Below are positions 36,146 through 44,258 of a stretch of DNA of 64,000 nucleotides, piece after piece. Location of the stretch: positions 91,866-155,865 of the forward strand of contig CAYLIG010000001.1 in the NCBI GenBank assembly GCA_964383635.1, written 5' to 3'. The notes under the pieces were generated by a model, which saw only the letters and a list, made by a program, of their open reading frames with translations, made no database searches and had not been told where the DNA came from. Each line of letters begins with the position of its first letter. Position 1 is the stretch's first letter. The stretch is from an uncultured Christensenella sp. (GTDB lineage: Bacteria > Bacillota > Clostridia > Christensenellales > CAG-138). Both the position numbers and the translations under genes were made by a program.

Positions 36146-38320
36146 ATGTCACTGCTTCTGATCCTTGGACTCTTTGCTGCAGTCCTCGGGCTGGCATACG
36201 CCAGCTTTCACTATGTCAAAGTCAAACGGATGGACGAAGGCACCGACCAGATGAAGGCCGTCGCCTCCGCAATCCGCATCGGCGCAAACGCGTTCATCAG
36301 CTACGAATACAAAGTGCTTTTGATCGTGGTTCTCGTCGTAGCCGGAATACTGGCCGTTGTCGTTACGCCGTTTACCGCGATCTGCTTCGTCCTGGGCGCT
36401 ACGATGAGCGGCTTTGCCGGATGGATCGGCATGAAGGTTGCAACCTACGCCAACGTCCGCGTTTCCAACGCCGCGCGCACGACCAAGAACCTCGGCGCGG
36501 CGCTGAAAGTTGCGTTTCAGGGCGGCAGCGTCATGGGCCTCTGCGTCGGCGCCTGCGCGCTGTTCGGGCTCATGCTGGTCTATTTGATCTTCGGTATCGG
36601 CCTGGGCCTGCTCGACGTGAGCAATATGGTTTCCGAGTCGAACTGGCTCGGCGTCGAAGTCGTTCCGTTTACGATGTGCCTTTCGGGCTATGCGCTCGGC
36701 TGTTCGGTCATTGCGATGTTCAACCGCGTCGGCGGCGGCATCTACACAAAAGCCGCGGACATGGGCGCGGACCTCGTCGGCAAGACGGAAGCGCACATTC
36801 CGGAGGACGATCCGCGTAACCCCGCGACCATCGCGGATAACGTCGGCGACAACGTTGGCGACGTCGCGGGCCTCGGCTCCGACCTTCTGGAGAGCTACGT
36901 CGGCGCAATCGCCGCCGCGGCAATCCTTTCGGTGCATCTCTATCTGACGTCCACGGCAAACGCGACGGGCATGAGCGACCTGCTGCTCAACCGTATGCTG
37001 CTCTTCCCGGTGCTCTTTGCGGCGGCGGGTCTGCTCAGCTGCATGGTCGGCATTTTCTCGCTGCTGGCGAAAAAGACGCTGAAAAACCCGCACAGGGAGC
37101 TTAATTTTGCTACCTATATCTCCGCGGGGCTGACCACGATTGCCGGCTTTGTCATTTCATACTTCATGTTCGGCGGGCTGGATACCTCCATGGTCGGCTT
37201 CCAGGCGGGTGCGGTTTCGCCCATGATCGGCGCGTTTATCGGCGTCGCCGCGGGCATTCTCATCGGCGCGACGGCGGAATACTATACCAGCGCGGAGTTT
37301 AAGCCCACGAAGCGCCTTGCGCATATCGCGCTGGAAGGCCCGGCGCTGACCATTACGCAGGGGCTTTCGCTCGGCATGCGCTCCACGGCGATTCCGTGCA
37401 TTATCCTCGGCGGCGGCATCATCATCTCTTACTATGTGTCCGGCTTGTACGGCGTTGCCATGGCAGCAACCGGCATGCTCTCGTTTGTCACCGCGACGGT
37501 CTCCGTAGACACCTACGGCCCGATTTCCGACAACGCGGGCGGCATTGCGGAGATGAGCGGACTGGATGAGGATGTTAGAAAGATCACCGACACGCTGGAT
37601 TCCGTCGGCAACACGACCGCCGCGATCGGCAAAGGCTTTGCCATCGGCAGCGGCGCGCTGGCCGCGCTGTCCCTGATGGTTTCCTACCTCTATTCTTACA
37701 ACGACCCGGCGACGCCGCTTTCGCTGAACCTGATCGAGCCGATCTCTCTGGCGGGCGCGATCATCGGCGGCGCGCTGCCGTTCCTGTTCTCCGGTATGCT
37801 GATCGAGGCCGTGACCAAGGCCGCGCGCAAGATGGTGGACGAGGTTCGCCGCCAGTTCTGCGAGATTCCGGGCATCCTGCTCGGCACCGAGTTGCCGGAC
37901 TATAAGACCTGCATCGAAATTTCCTCCAAGGGCGCGCTGAGCGAGATGAAAGTGCCCGCGTTCATGGCGATTATCGTACCGGTCGTTTCCGGATTTTTAC
38001 TCGGGCCAAAATTCGTCGGCGGACTTCTGATCGGTTCGACCATCTGCTCCATCATGCTTGCTATCTTAACCGGCAACGCGGGCGGTGCGTGGGACAACGG
38101 AAAGAAGTACATCGAGGCGGGTGAAGTTCCCTGCGCGGGCAAAGGCACGGACGCACACGCCGCAGCGGTCGTTGGCGACACGGTTGGCGATCCGCTGAAG
38201 GATACGGTCGGCCCATGCCTGGATATCTTCATCAAGATCATGTCCACGGTTTCGCTGATCGCGGTTGCCGTGTTCAACAAATACAACCTATTGGATTGGG
38301 TGCTGGGCCTGTTTAAATAA
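36146..38320 (+). CDS. hppA: membrane-bound pyrophosphate-energised ion pump (H+/Na+-translocating pyrophosphatase)
   Basis: 724-aa polytopic protein. PEDDPRNPATIADNVGDNVGDVAG, GGAWDNGKKYIE and VGDTVGDPLKDT are hallmark M-PPase motifs. Confidence 0.95.
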   Translation: MSLLLILGLFAAVLGLAYASFHYVKVKRMDEGTDQMKAVASAIRIGANAFISYEYKVLLIVVLVVAGILAVVVTPFTAICFVLGATMSGFAGWIGMKVATYANVRVSNAARTTKNLGAALKVAFQGGSVMGLCVGACALFGLMLVYLIFGIGLGLLDVSNMVSESNWLGVEVVPFTMCLSGYALGCSVIAMFNRVGGGIYTKAADMGADLVGKTEAHIPEDDPRNPATIADNVGDNVGDVAGLGSDLLESYVGAIAAAAILSVHLYLTSTANATGMSDLLLNRMLLFPVLFAAAGLLSCMVGIFSLLAKKTLKNPHRELNFATYISAGLTTIAGFVISYFMFGGLDTSMVGFQAGAVSPMIGAFIGVAAGILIGATAEYYTSAEFKPTKRLAHIALEGPALTITQGLSLGMRSTAIPCIILGGGIIISYYVSGLYGVAMAATGMLSFVTATVSVDTYGPISDNAGGIAEMSGLDEDVRKITDTLDSVGNTTAAIGKGFAIGSGALAALSLMVSYLYSYNDPATPLSLNLIEPISLAGAIIGGALPFLFSGMLIEAVTKAARKMVDEVRRQFCEIPGILLGTELPDYKTCIEISSKGALSEMKVPAFMAIIVPVVSGFLLGPKFVGGLLIGSTICSIMLAILTGNAGGAWDNGKKYIEAGEVPCAGKGTDAHAAAVVGDTVGDPLKDTVGPCLDIFIKIMSTVSLIAVAVFNKYNLLDWVLGLFK

Positions 38321-38354
38321 GCCCGGCAAAGACAAAACAATCTTCCTTTATAGT

Positions 38355-38386
38355 AAAGAAGCGCGTAAAAAGCGCTTCTTTATTTG
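38355..38386 (+). terminator. rho-independent terminator of hppA
   Basis: AAGAAGCGC-gtaaaaa-GCGCTTCTT-TATTTG. Confidence 0.8.
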
Positions 38387-38424
38387 CGTAAGGCAAAGAT
38401 GCGGTGTTTTGCGGGAAAAAGCAT

Positions 38425-38453
38425 TTGCACGAAGGAGAGAAAAATTGTAGAAT
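38425..38453 (+). promoter_or_regulatory. sigma-70-type promoter upstream of the LysR gene
   Basis: TTGCAC, 17 nt, TAGAAT. Confidence 0.6.
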
Positions 38454-38538
38454 AAACGAAATCGAGTTTTTCGATAAGACCGATCTCATTCGACAAGAGC
38501 AAAGTCGAAAAACAGACTGCCGATCGGCTTGAATATCA

Positions 38539-38551
38539 TTCTATGCTAGAA
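38539..38551. promoter_or_regulatory. T-N11-A interrupted palindrome (candidate LysR-type binding site)
   Basis: TTCTA-tgc-TAGAA, 29 nt upstream of the LysR start codon. Confidence 0.35.
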
Positions 38552-38579
38552 GACCATTTTATGAAAGACATGATCAACA

Positions 38580-39488
38580 TTGATTAATTTCAGCATCAGA
38601 CAACTTGAGGTATTCATTGCGGTTGCCGAGACCAATAGCTTTTCGCGCGCGGCATTCGACCTTTCGCTTGCGCAGAGCACGGTCAGCGCGCATATCAAGG
38701 GGCTTGAGGACGCGCTCGGTGTGCCGCTGTTCGTGCGCACCGCAAAGAAGCAGATTGTGCCGACCAAACACTGCAAGGAGCTCTACTCCTATGCCAAGGC
38801 GATTATGGAGCAATGCAGGATATTGAGCGACGAGGTTACCGGAAGCACCGCGAAACAGGAGCTCTTCATCGCCGCCTCTACGGACTCGTTTGAACATCTG
38901 CTGCCGGGACTGATGGCGGATTATGCAAAGCTGCATCCCGCGTGCCGGTTTGTGCTGCTCAACGGGGACAGTACGTTTGTCCACGAACAGCTGCACAACC
39001 AAAACGCGCGCATCGGTTTTTGCGGAACCGCGCTGAATCGCAAGGAACTGGAGTATCGCGCCGTATGCCGCGACAAACTGGTGATGATCGCGCCGAACAA
39101 TCGGCGGTATCAAAAGCTTCAGCAGCGCGGGCTGTACGGCTGCGACCTGCTGGACGAGCCGATGATCGAGCGCAGCAAAAGCTCCGGGACGAAGAAGGAA
39201 TTTGACCACTACCTCAACAAGATCGGTCTGTCGGAGCGCAAACTCAACATCGTTGCAATGATGAACCAGGCGGATGCCGTGAAGCGTTCGGTCATCAGCG
39301 GGCTCGGCGTTGCGGTCGTCTCCCAGATGGCGGCAAAGAAATATGAAAACAACAGGGATCTATTGGTGTTCGATCTGGACGCGGAGGGCGCCTACCGGGA
39401 CATCTATCTCGTCTACCCCAAAGAGCTTGTGTTCAGCAAGGCGGAGCGGGACTTCGTGAGCTTTGCGGTGCACAGCCTGAAGCAATAG
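38580..39488 (+). CDS. LysR family transcriptional regulator
   Basis: N-terminal wHTH IRQLEVFIAVAETNSFSRAAFDLSLAQSTVSAHIKGLE. The only start in frame after the stop at 38571-38573 is TTG at 38580. Confidence 0.88.
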   Translation: MINFSIRQLEVFIAVAETNSFSRAAFDLSLAQSTVSAHIKGLEDALGVPLFVRTAKKQIVPTKHCKELYSYAKAIMEQCRILSDEVTGSTAKQELFIAASTDSFEHLLPGLMADYAKLHPACRFVLLNGDSTFVHEQLHNQNARIGFCGTALNRKELEYRAVCRDKLVMIAPNNRRYQKLQQRGLYGCDLLDEPMIERSKSSGTKKEFDHYLNKIGLSERKLNIVAMMNQADAVKRSVISGLGVAVVSQMAAKKYENNRDLLVFDLDAEGAYRDIYLVYPKELVFSKAERDFVSFAVHSLKQ

Positions 39489-39542
39489 CAAAACGGACGC
39501 TTGCCGGAAGATCGCGACCGGATTGGAATTTGGGCGCTTCCT

Positions 39543-41150
39543 TTATTTCCACTCCACAACACAGTTTCCCGCATTGCCCTTTGCCTGATACATCGCCTTA
39601 TCGGCGCACTTGAGTATATCCTCTCCGCTTGAAGCGATTTCGTTGTCGCAAACCCCGATGCTGAGTTTCAGTTGGAGGCTCATCTGCGCCTCGAGAAGGA
39701 CCGCCTTCTGGTTGGCGGCGGAGAGAATCCGGCTGGCAATCTGGGCGGCTTCCTTTCCGCCGACGCCTGGAAGCACGGCTGCAAACTCATCCCCGCCGAT
39801 GCGGGCGACCGAATCCTCATGCCGGAGCACTTCCCGGAAAACACCCGAAACCGCTTTCAATACGCGGTCGCCGCTGTCGTGGCCGTACGTATCGTTTACC
39901 AGCTTAAATTTATCCAGATCCATCATCAGCACAGAGACGCGTTCCCCGGCAGATGCGGCGGTGCGCAGTGCCTGCGCGAGCACATTGATAAAGCTGTCCC
40001 GATTCAGCAGGCCTGTCAGGCTGTCCGTTTCGGCTTTCTTTTTCAGCAGGAGTTCCTGTTTGCGGCGGGCGGTGACATCCCGCAGGATGGATACCGCGCC
40101 GATGGCGTTTTTCTTGGCGGACTGCAGCGGATAGACATGGATGCGGATGTAATGGCGGCCGTCGGCGATTTTCAGATCCCCCTCGCCCGCTTCGCAGGCG
40201 TTTGTCAACGATACCCAGTCGGTAAATTCACCGAAAACTTCATCCATCCGTTTGCCCGTCAGCTTGTCTTCCAATCCGAAAATGTCACGCAGAAGCTGAC
40301 TTGCATGCGGGTTCAAATCCGCAATCTTTCCGGAAGCGTTGGTCACGAGGACGCCGATGTCGATGACATCGAACGCTTTGTCCCGCGCGATAGGGGAGAC
40401 GCTGAAGAAATCGTTTTGATAGAGATTATAAAACAGAATCAGGCTGCCCGGCAGATAGATTGTTACGATGGGCAGATTGACGCTGGTACCTTCGAGAAAC
40501 GCGTTTTTGAAAAAGGCGAGGATGAAAATAAGGCCTGTGGCGAAAAGCACAAAAAGCACCTGTCGGCGCAGTCCTTTTGCAACCTGCCTGGAGAAGATGA
40601 ACAGTATCGCCAGCGAAGCAAAGACGAGCAGATAGTTATACGAGACAAATATTACGCCTGTGATCGTTTGATGGACAGACAGCGCCTTTCCAAATAACGG
40701 GCTGTAAACGACGGTATATCCCGTGCGCATGATATGGGTGGTTGCATCCGAAAAGATCAGCGTGATTGCGGCAACCGGTACGATTAAAAGCAGCGGGAGA
40801 TATTTTTTCAGAGAATCGTACCGCGCGTAGTCCACCGCAAAATATACGCACGCAACGGGAAGAAGAAACACGCCGATTTGCTCAATATTTCGCCAAAGAA
40901 GCATGCCCTGCTCGGTTGGGGCGAGCATCTCGAGCAGAGAGCCGACCGACCAGATCGTTACGAAGAAAATTTGTAGCAGAAACGCTTTTGATCCGGCGAC
41001 GCGGATATTGCGCATCGCGAAAAAAGCAACGACAAACAACAGTGTCAGCGAACAGCCGACGATGAAGATGTAACCAAGCTCCAAGAATCGCAGATCTCCT
41101 TCCAACCAGATCCCCGTGAACCGGGGGCGTCGCCAAGCAAATTGAAACAC
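39543..41150 (-). CDS. sensor diguanylate cyclase (N-terminal 7-TM-type membrane domain, PAS, GGDEF)
   Basis: LTGLLNRDSF...DLDKFKLVNDTYGHDSGD...RIGGDEFAAVL...YQAKGNAGN. An RHED I-site lies 5 residues before GGDEF. The GTG start at 41150 is uncertain. Confidence 0.85.
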   Translation of the reverse strand: MFQFAWRRPRFTGIWLEGDLRFLELGYIFIVGCSLTLLFVVAFFAMRNIRVAGSKAFLLQIFFVTIWSVGSLLEMLAPTEQGMLLWRNIEQIGVFLLPVACVYFAVDYARYDSLKKYLPLLLIVPVAAITLIFSDATTHIMRTGYTVVYSPLFGKALSVHQTITGVIFVSYNYLLVFASLAILFIFSRQVAKGLRRQVLFVLFATGLIFILAFFKNAFLEGTSVNLPIVTIYLPGSLILFYNLYQNDFFSVSPIARDKAFDVIDIGVLVTNASGKIADLNPHASQLLRDIFGLEDKLTGKRMDEVFGEFTDWVSLTNACEAGEGDLKIADGRHYIRIHVYPLQSAKKNAIGAVSILRDVTARRKQELLLKKKAETDSLTGLLNRDSFINVLAQALRTAASAGERVSVLMMDLDKFKLVNDTYGHDSGDRVLKAVSGVFREVLRHEDSVARIGGDEFAAVLPGVGGKEAAQIASRILSAANQKAVLLEAQMSLQLKLSIGVCDNEIASSGEDILKCADKAMYQAKGNAGNCVVEWK

Positions 41151-41225
41151 GCTGTGCTTAGGCTCAATGAGAAAGCTAAATACCCTGCTTTGGCCAAACC
41201 TGAGAGGGCAAATGAATGCCTGCGT

Positions 41226-41432
41226 TCAGCGTACAATCAGCGCGGCGATAAGCCACAAAACGAGAGACACGAAGCAGTACGCAACACCGATGAGGCGAAT
41301 TTGTTTCAGCGTCAGTTCTTTTTTCAGAAACCACACGGAATCCCATGAATAGAGAAACTGCGTCACCTTCGGAAGCAGAATGGACACGACGCCCAATACC
41401 GCAAAGAGAATGACGAATACCCAAATAACCAA
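41226..41432 (-). CDS. 68-aa two-TM membrane protein (hypothetical)
   Basis: MVIWVFVILFAVLGVVSILL...LIGVAYCFVSLVLWLIAALIV. It has its own promoter and a CAGGAA RBS. Confidence 0.5.
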   Translation of the reverse strand: MVIWVFVILFAVLGVVSILLPKVTQFLYSWDSVWFLKKELTLKQIRLIGVAYCFVSLVLWLIAALIVR

Positions 41433-41475
41433 GTTCAGTTCCTGTCTTTTTGTGTTCTTCGGAATATTGGTTTAT

Positions 41476-41504
41476 ATTCTACAACACTTCACAACTGCGA
41501 ACAA
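41476..41504 (-). promoter_or_regulatory. promoter candidate for the 68-aa membrane protein (and possibly the downstream cyclase)
   Basis: On the minus strand: TTGTTC, 17 nt, TAGAAT, with a TGt extended -10. Confidence 0.5.
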
Positions 41505-41573
41505 GCAAGCCGTCTCCAAACGGTGTATCTGTCGGCATACATCCGCGGAGCGAACGATAGCAAAAAAGGCCGA

Positions 41574-41930
41574 TCACTCGCCGTCACAACGAATCGTTTT
41601 CTCGATGACCGAATACAGATGCTCTTTCGTCGTGAGCGGATATGCGGTGTATTCCTCCGGCTCGTCTGGATCACACCCGATCGTAAAGTGACCGGGTTCA
41701 ATCTGCAGTTCGACAAACATTTTTCCATGTTTTCCCTGAATGTCGATACACTGATAATCACTAAGCCAATCGATATGGATTCCAATGCGTTTGAGCCCAA
41801 GTTGCCTTAGTTCTTTCTGCAGCGTATGATCAATGGAATCGCTTAGCAAACAGTCAAATACTGACAACGCGCCGTTTGCCTGCCGATCGTTCAGATATTG
41901 CCGGATCAGTCGTTTTTTTGTTTGAAGCAT
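41574..41930 (-). CDS. hypothetical protein, AT-rich island 1
   Basis: 118-aa ORF with a GAGGA RBS-like element upstream. No motif recognised. Confidence 0.5.
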   Translation of the reverse strand: MLQTKKRLIRQYLNDRQANGALSVFDCLLSDSIDHTLQKELRQLGLKRIGIHIDWLSDYQCIDIQGKHGKMFVELQIEPGHFTIGCDPDEPEEYTAYPLTTKEHLYSVIEKTIRCDGE

Positions 41931-41958
41931 GATTCACGCATCCTCACGAGAAATGATA

Positions 41959-42336
41959 TTACAGCAACCGCACTACAGGATGACTCGGCGAGCGCCAGCC
42001 GCCCTCTACTGAAATTTCGATCTCACAGCGGTCGGCTTCGCTGTCAAAACAAACTTCGTTCGACAGCAAGCCTTCACTTGTCATCACGAACAAGGACGGA
42101 ATGCTCCTGTCCGAAACGATGGTGAGCGCTTTGCCCGCGAATATCGGCACGCCGTATTCTGTCGGATTGCTTTCGCCTAACCGGGAGAGCGGATAGGCCC
42201 CGTCCATTTCGCAAGTCAAATCGTCCTGCAGATGAAACAACTTCATAAACTGGCCCTTATCCACTCCGAACACAATCCAGAACGGGAGAAAAACAGAACT
42301 GAATTTCAGCAGGCGCTTGACATGGATGGTTTTCAC
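41959..42336 (-). CDS. hypothetical protein, AT-rich island 1
   Basis: 125-aa ORF. An alternative ATG at 42246 (MKLFHLQDD...) has a better RBS (TAAGGG). No motif recognised. Confidence 0.45.
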   Translation of the reverse strand: MKTIHVKRLLKFSSVFLPFWIVFGVDKGQFMKLFHLQDDLTCEMDGAYPLSRLGESNPTEYGVPIFAGKALTIVSDRSIPSLFVMTSEGLLSNEVCFDSEADRCEIEISVEGGWRSPSHPVVRLL

Positions 42337-42386
42337 AAATTGTTCCTCGTATTCTGATGGATGAATATCGGCCCGTAAAACAGATA

Positions 42387-42746
42387 TCAGCTATCTGCGT
42401 GCACTGTCCAAACGCAGTGATCCATTTGATTGATTTTGTTTGCAATCATTTTGGTGGCTTGAATCAAAAATCTGATGTTCTTGTGATATAGATTCAATTG
42501 CCATTCATCATTTTTTCCGCCATAATCAAATTCAATTTGCCCTTTATATCCGTCTCGATATACGCTGGCTAGTTGCAGCTCGACCTCATCGAGAACCGAA
42601 ATCATGGTGTTTCTATCGCTATCTTTGTTTTCCAAACTCGATTTGATTCTGTCACTGTTATGAATAAACCACGAAACGAAAGCATCTGCTTTCTTTTCAT
42701 CAACATTCTTTTGCTAAAAAAACGAAACATTCTCTTTCACTTTCAT
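42387..42746 (-). pseudogene. hypothetical gene interrupted by an in-frame TAG at codon 11
   Basis: Hand translation from the ATG at 42746 gives MKVKENVSFF*QKNVDEKKADAFVSWFIHNSDRIKSSLENKDSDRNTMISVLDEVELQ... The stop is at 42714-42716 and the same frame continues into track ORF 42387..42635. Confidence 0.5.
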
Positions 42747-42829
42747 AAATTCAAATGATTATTTCGAGTTCGCCAGGGGATGAACCTGAATGACAACGCA
42801 GATAATTGCTTCGAAATTGAGCTGTTTTC

Positions 42830-44188
42830 TTATGTTCTTGTCATCAATACCACCGTCTCGACATGGCACGTCTGCGGGAACATGTCCACGGGGCGGACGG
42901 CGGAGAGGGAGAAGCCGCGCTCGGCGAGTAGCTTGCAGTCCCGCGCGAGCGTCGCGGGGTTGCAGGACACATACACCACGCGCTTTGCTCCGCTTTTGGC
43001 GATTGCTTCCAGCGCGGCGGGCTCGCAACCCTTTCGCGGCGGGTCGAGCACAATCGCGTCCACGCCGCCCTCGCGCGCAAACAGGCCGGGGAGCACGTCC
43101 TCAACGTTTCCGCAGAGGAACTCCGCGTTCGCTACGCCGTTTGCCGCCGCGTTCGCTTTCGCGTCCTCAATCGCGGGGGCGACCTGTTCGATACCGATGA
43201 CGCGCGCGCAGTCACCAGCGATCAGCAGCGATATGGTGCCGACGCCGCAGTACGCGTCCACGACGGTTTCGTCCGGTTTGGCGGCGAGAAACGACCGCGC
43301 GGTTTCGTAGAGCGCCTGCGTCTGCACGGGGTTAACCTGCAGAAACGACTGCGGGCCGACGGAGAACCGCTTTTCGCCGATGGTTTCGCTCAGCGCGGGC
43401 TTGCCGGCAAGCAGCGTGAAGCGCTCGCCAAAGACCACGTTGGTCTGGTTCGGGTTTTCGTTGTGCCAGACGCTGTCCGCGTCCTCGAGGAACGAGAGCA
43501 GATCGTCCTTCTTTTTCAGCTGGCCTTTTGTGACGACGGTGACCATGAGTTCGCCGCCGGCTGTCGTCCGCGCGACGACGTGCCGAAGCTGCCCGCCTCC
43601 CGTTGTTTCGTCGTACACGGGCACGCCGAAGGTGTTGGCCCAGGCCGCGACGCGGCGCGCGGCGTCCACGATGCGCTCGTCCTGAATCAGACAGTCCGAA
43701 AACGGCACGAGCCGATGGCTGCGTTCGGCGTAAAAGCCGAATACGGCGGCGTTTCCGATGACGCCGAAGGGGAAGCTGCCCTTGTTGCGATAGCGCACGG
43801 GTTCCTCCATGCCGAGGATGGGTTGCATGGGCACCTCGGCAAAACCGCCAAGCCGCTGGAGCGCGTCCTCGACCCACTGCTGCTTTTGCGTCAGCTGTGC
43901 GTCATAGCGCAGATGCCAGAGCGTGCAGCCGCCGCACTGCGCAAACACGGGGCAGGCGGGGGTGATCCGATCGGACGAGGGCGTTAAAATCTCGACGGCC
44001 TTGGCGATGGCATAGGACGGCATGACCTTGATCACGTGCGCTTTGACTTCTTCGCCTGCGAGCGCGCCTATGACGAACACCGCGTAACCATCCACACGGG
44101 CGACGCCCTGGCCTTCGTTGGTCAGTGCGTCTATGGTGAGGACGAGATCGTCGTTTTTCTGTACGGGGGGACGTTGTTTGGGGGACAT
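42830..44188 (-). CDS. rlmD: 23S rRNA (uracil-C5)-methyltransferase, RlmD/RumA family (TRAM plus SAM MTase)
   Basis: TRAM domain (LTIDALTNEGQGVARVDGYAVFV), Fe-S Cys cluster (CPVFAQCGGC) and DAYCGVGTISL...DPPRKG...YVSCNPATLARD. Confidence 0.9.
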   Translation of the reverse strand: MSPKQRPPVQKNDDLVLTIDALTNEGQGVARVDGYAVFVIGALAGEEVKAHVIKVMPSYAIAKAVEILTPSSDRITPACPVFAQCGGCTLWHLRYDAQLTQKQQWVEDALQRLGGFAEVPMQPILGMEEPVRYRNKGSFPFGVIGNAAVFGFYAERSHRLVPFSDCLIQDERIVDAARRVAAWANTFGVPVYDETTGGGQLRHVVARTTAGGELMVTVVTKGQLKKKDDLLSFLEDADSVWHNENPNQTNVVFGERFTLLAGKPALSETIGEKRFSVGPQSFLQVNPVQTQALYETARSFLAAKPDETVVDAYCGVGTISLLIAGDCARVIGIEQVAPAIEDAKANAAANGVANAEFLCGNVEDVLPGLFAREGGVDAIVLDPPRKGCEPAALEAIAKSGAKRVVYVSCNPATLARDCKLLAERGFSLSAVRPVDMFPQTCHVETVVLMTRT

Positions 44189-44258
44189 AAATTAATTCAT
44201 CCTTTCGGCGCGTGCTGCGCGCGGAATATTCGGGTTAAATAGGTTGAAAACGTGCGGG

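Noticed and set aside
42714-42716. In-frame TAG as a programmed pyrrolysine/readthrough codon
   Set aside because: No pyl genes or methylamine methyltransferase context appear in the window, and the host gene is a small unrecognised ORF. A nonsense mutation or sequencing error is far more likely.
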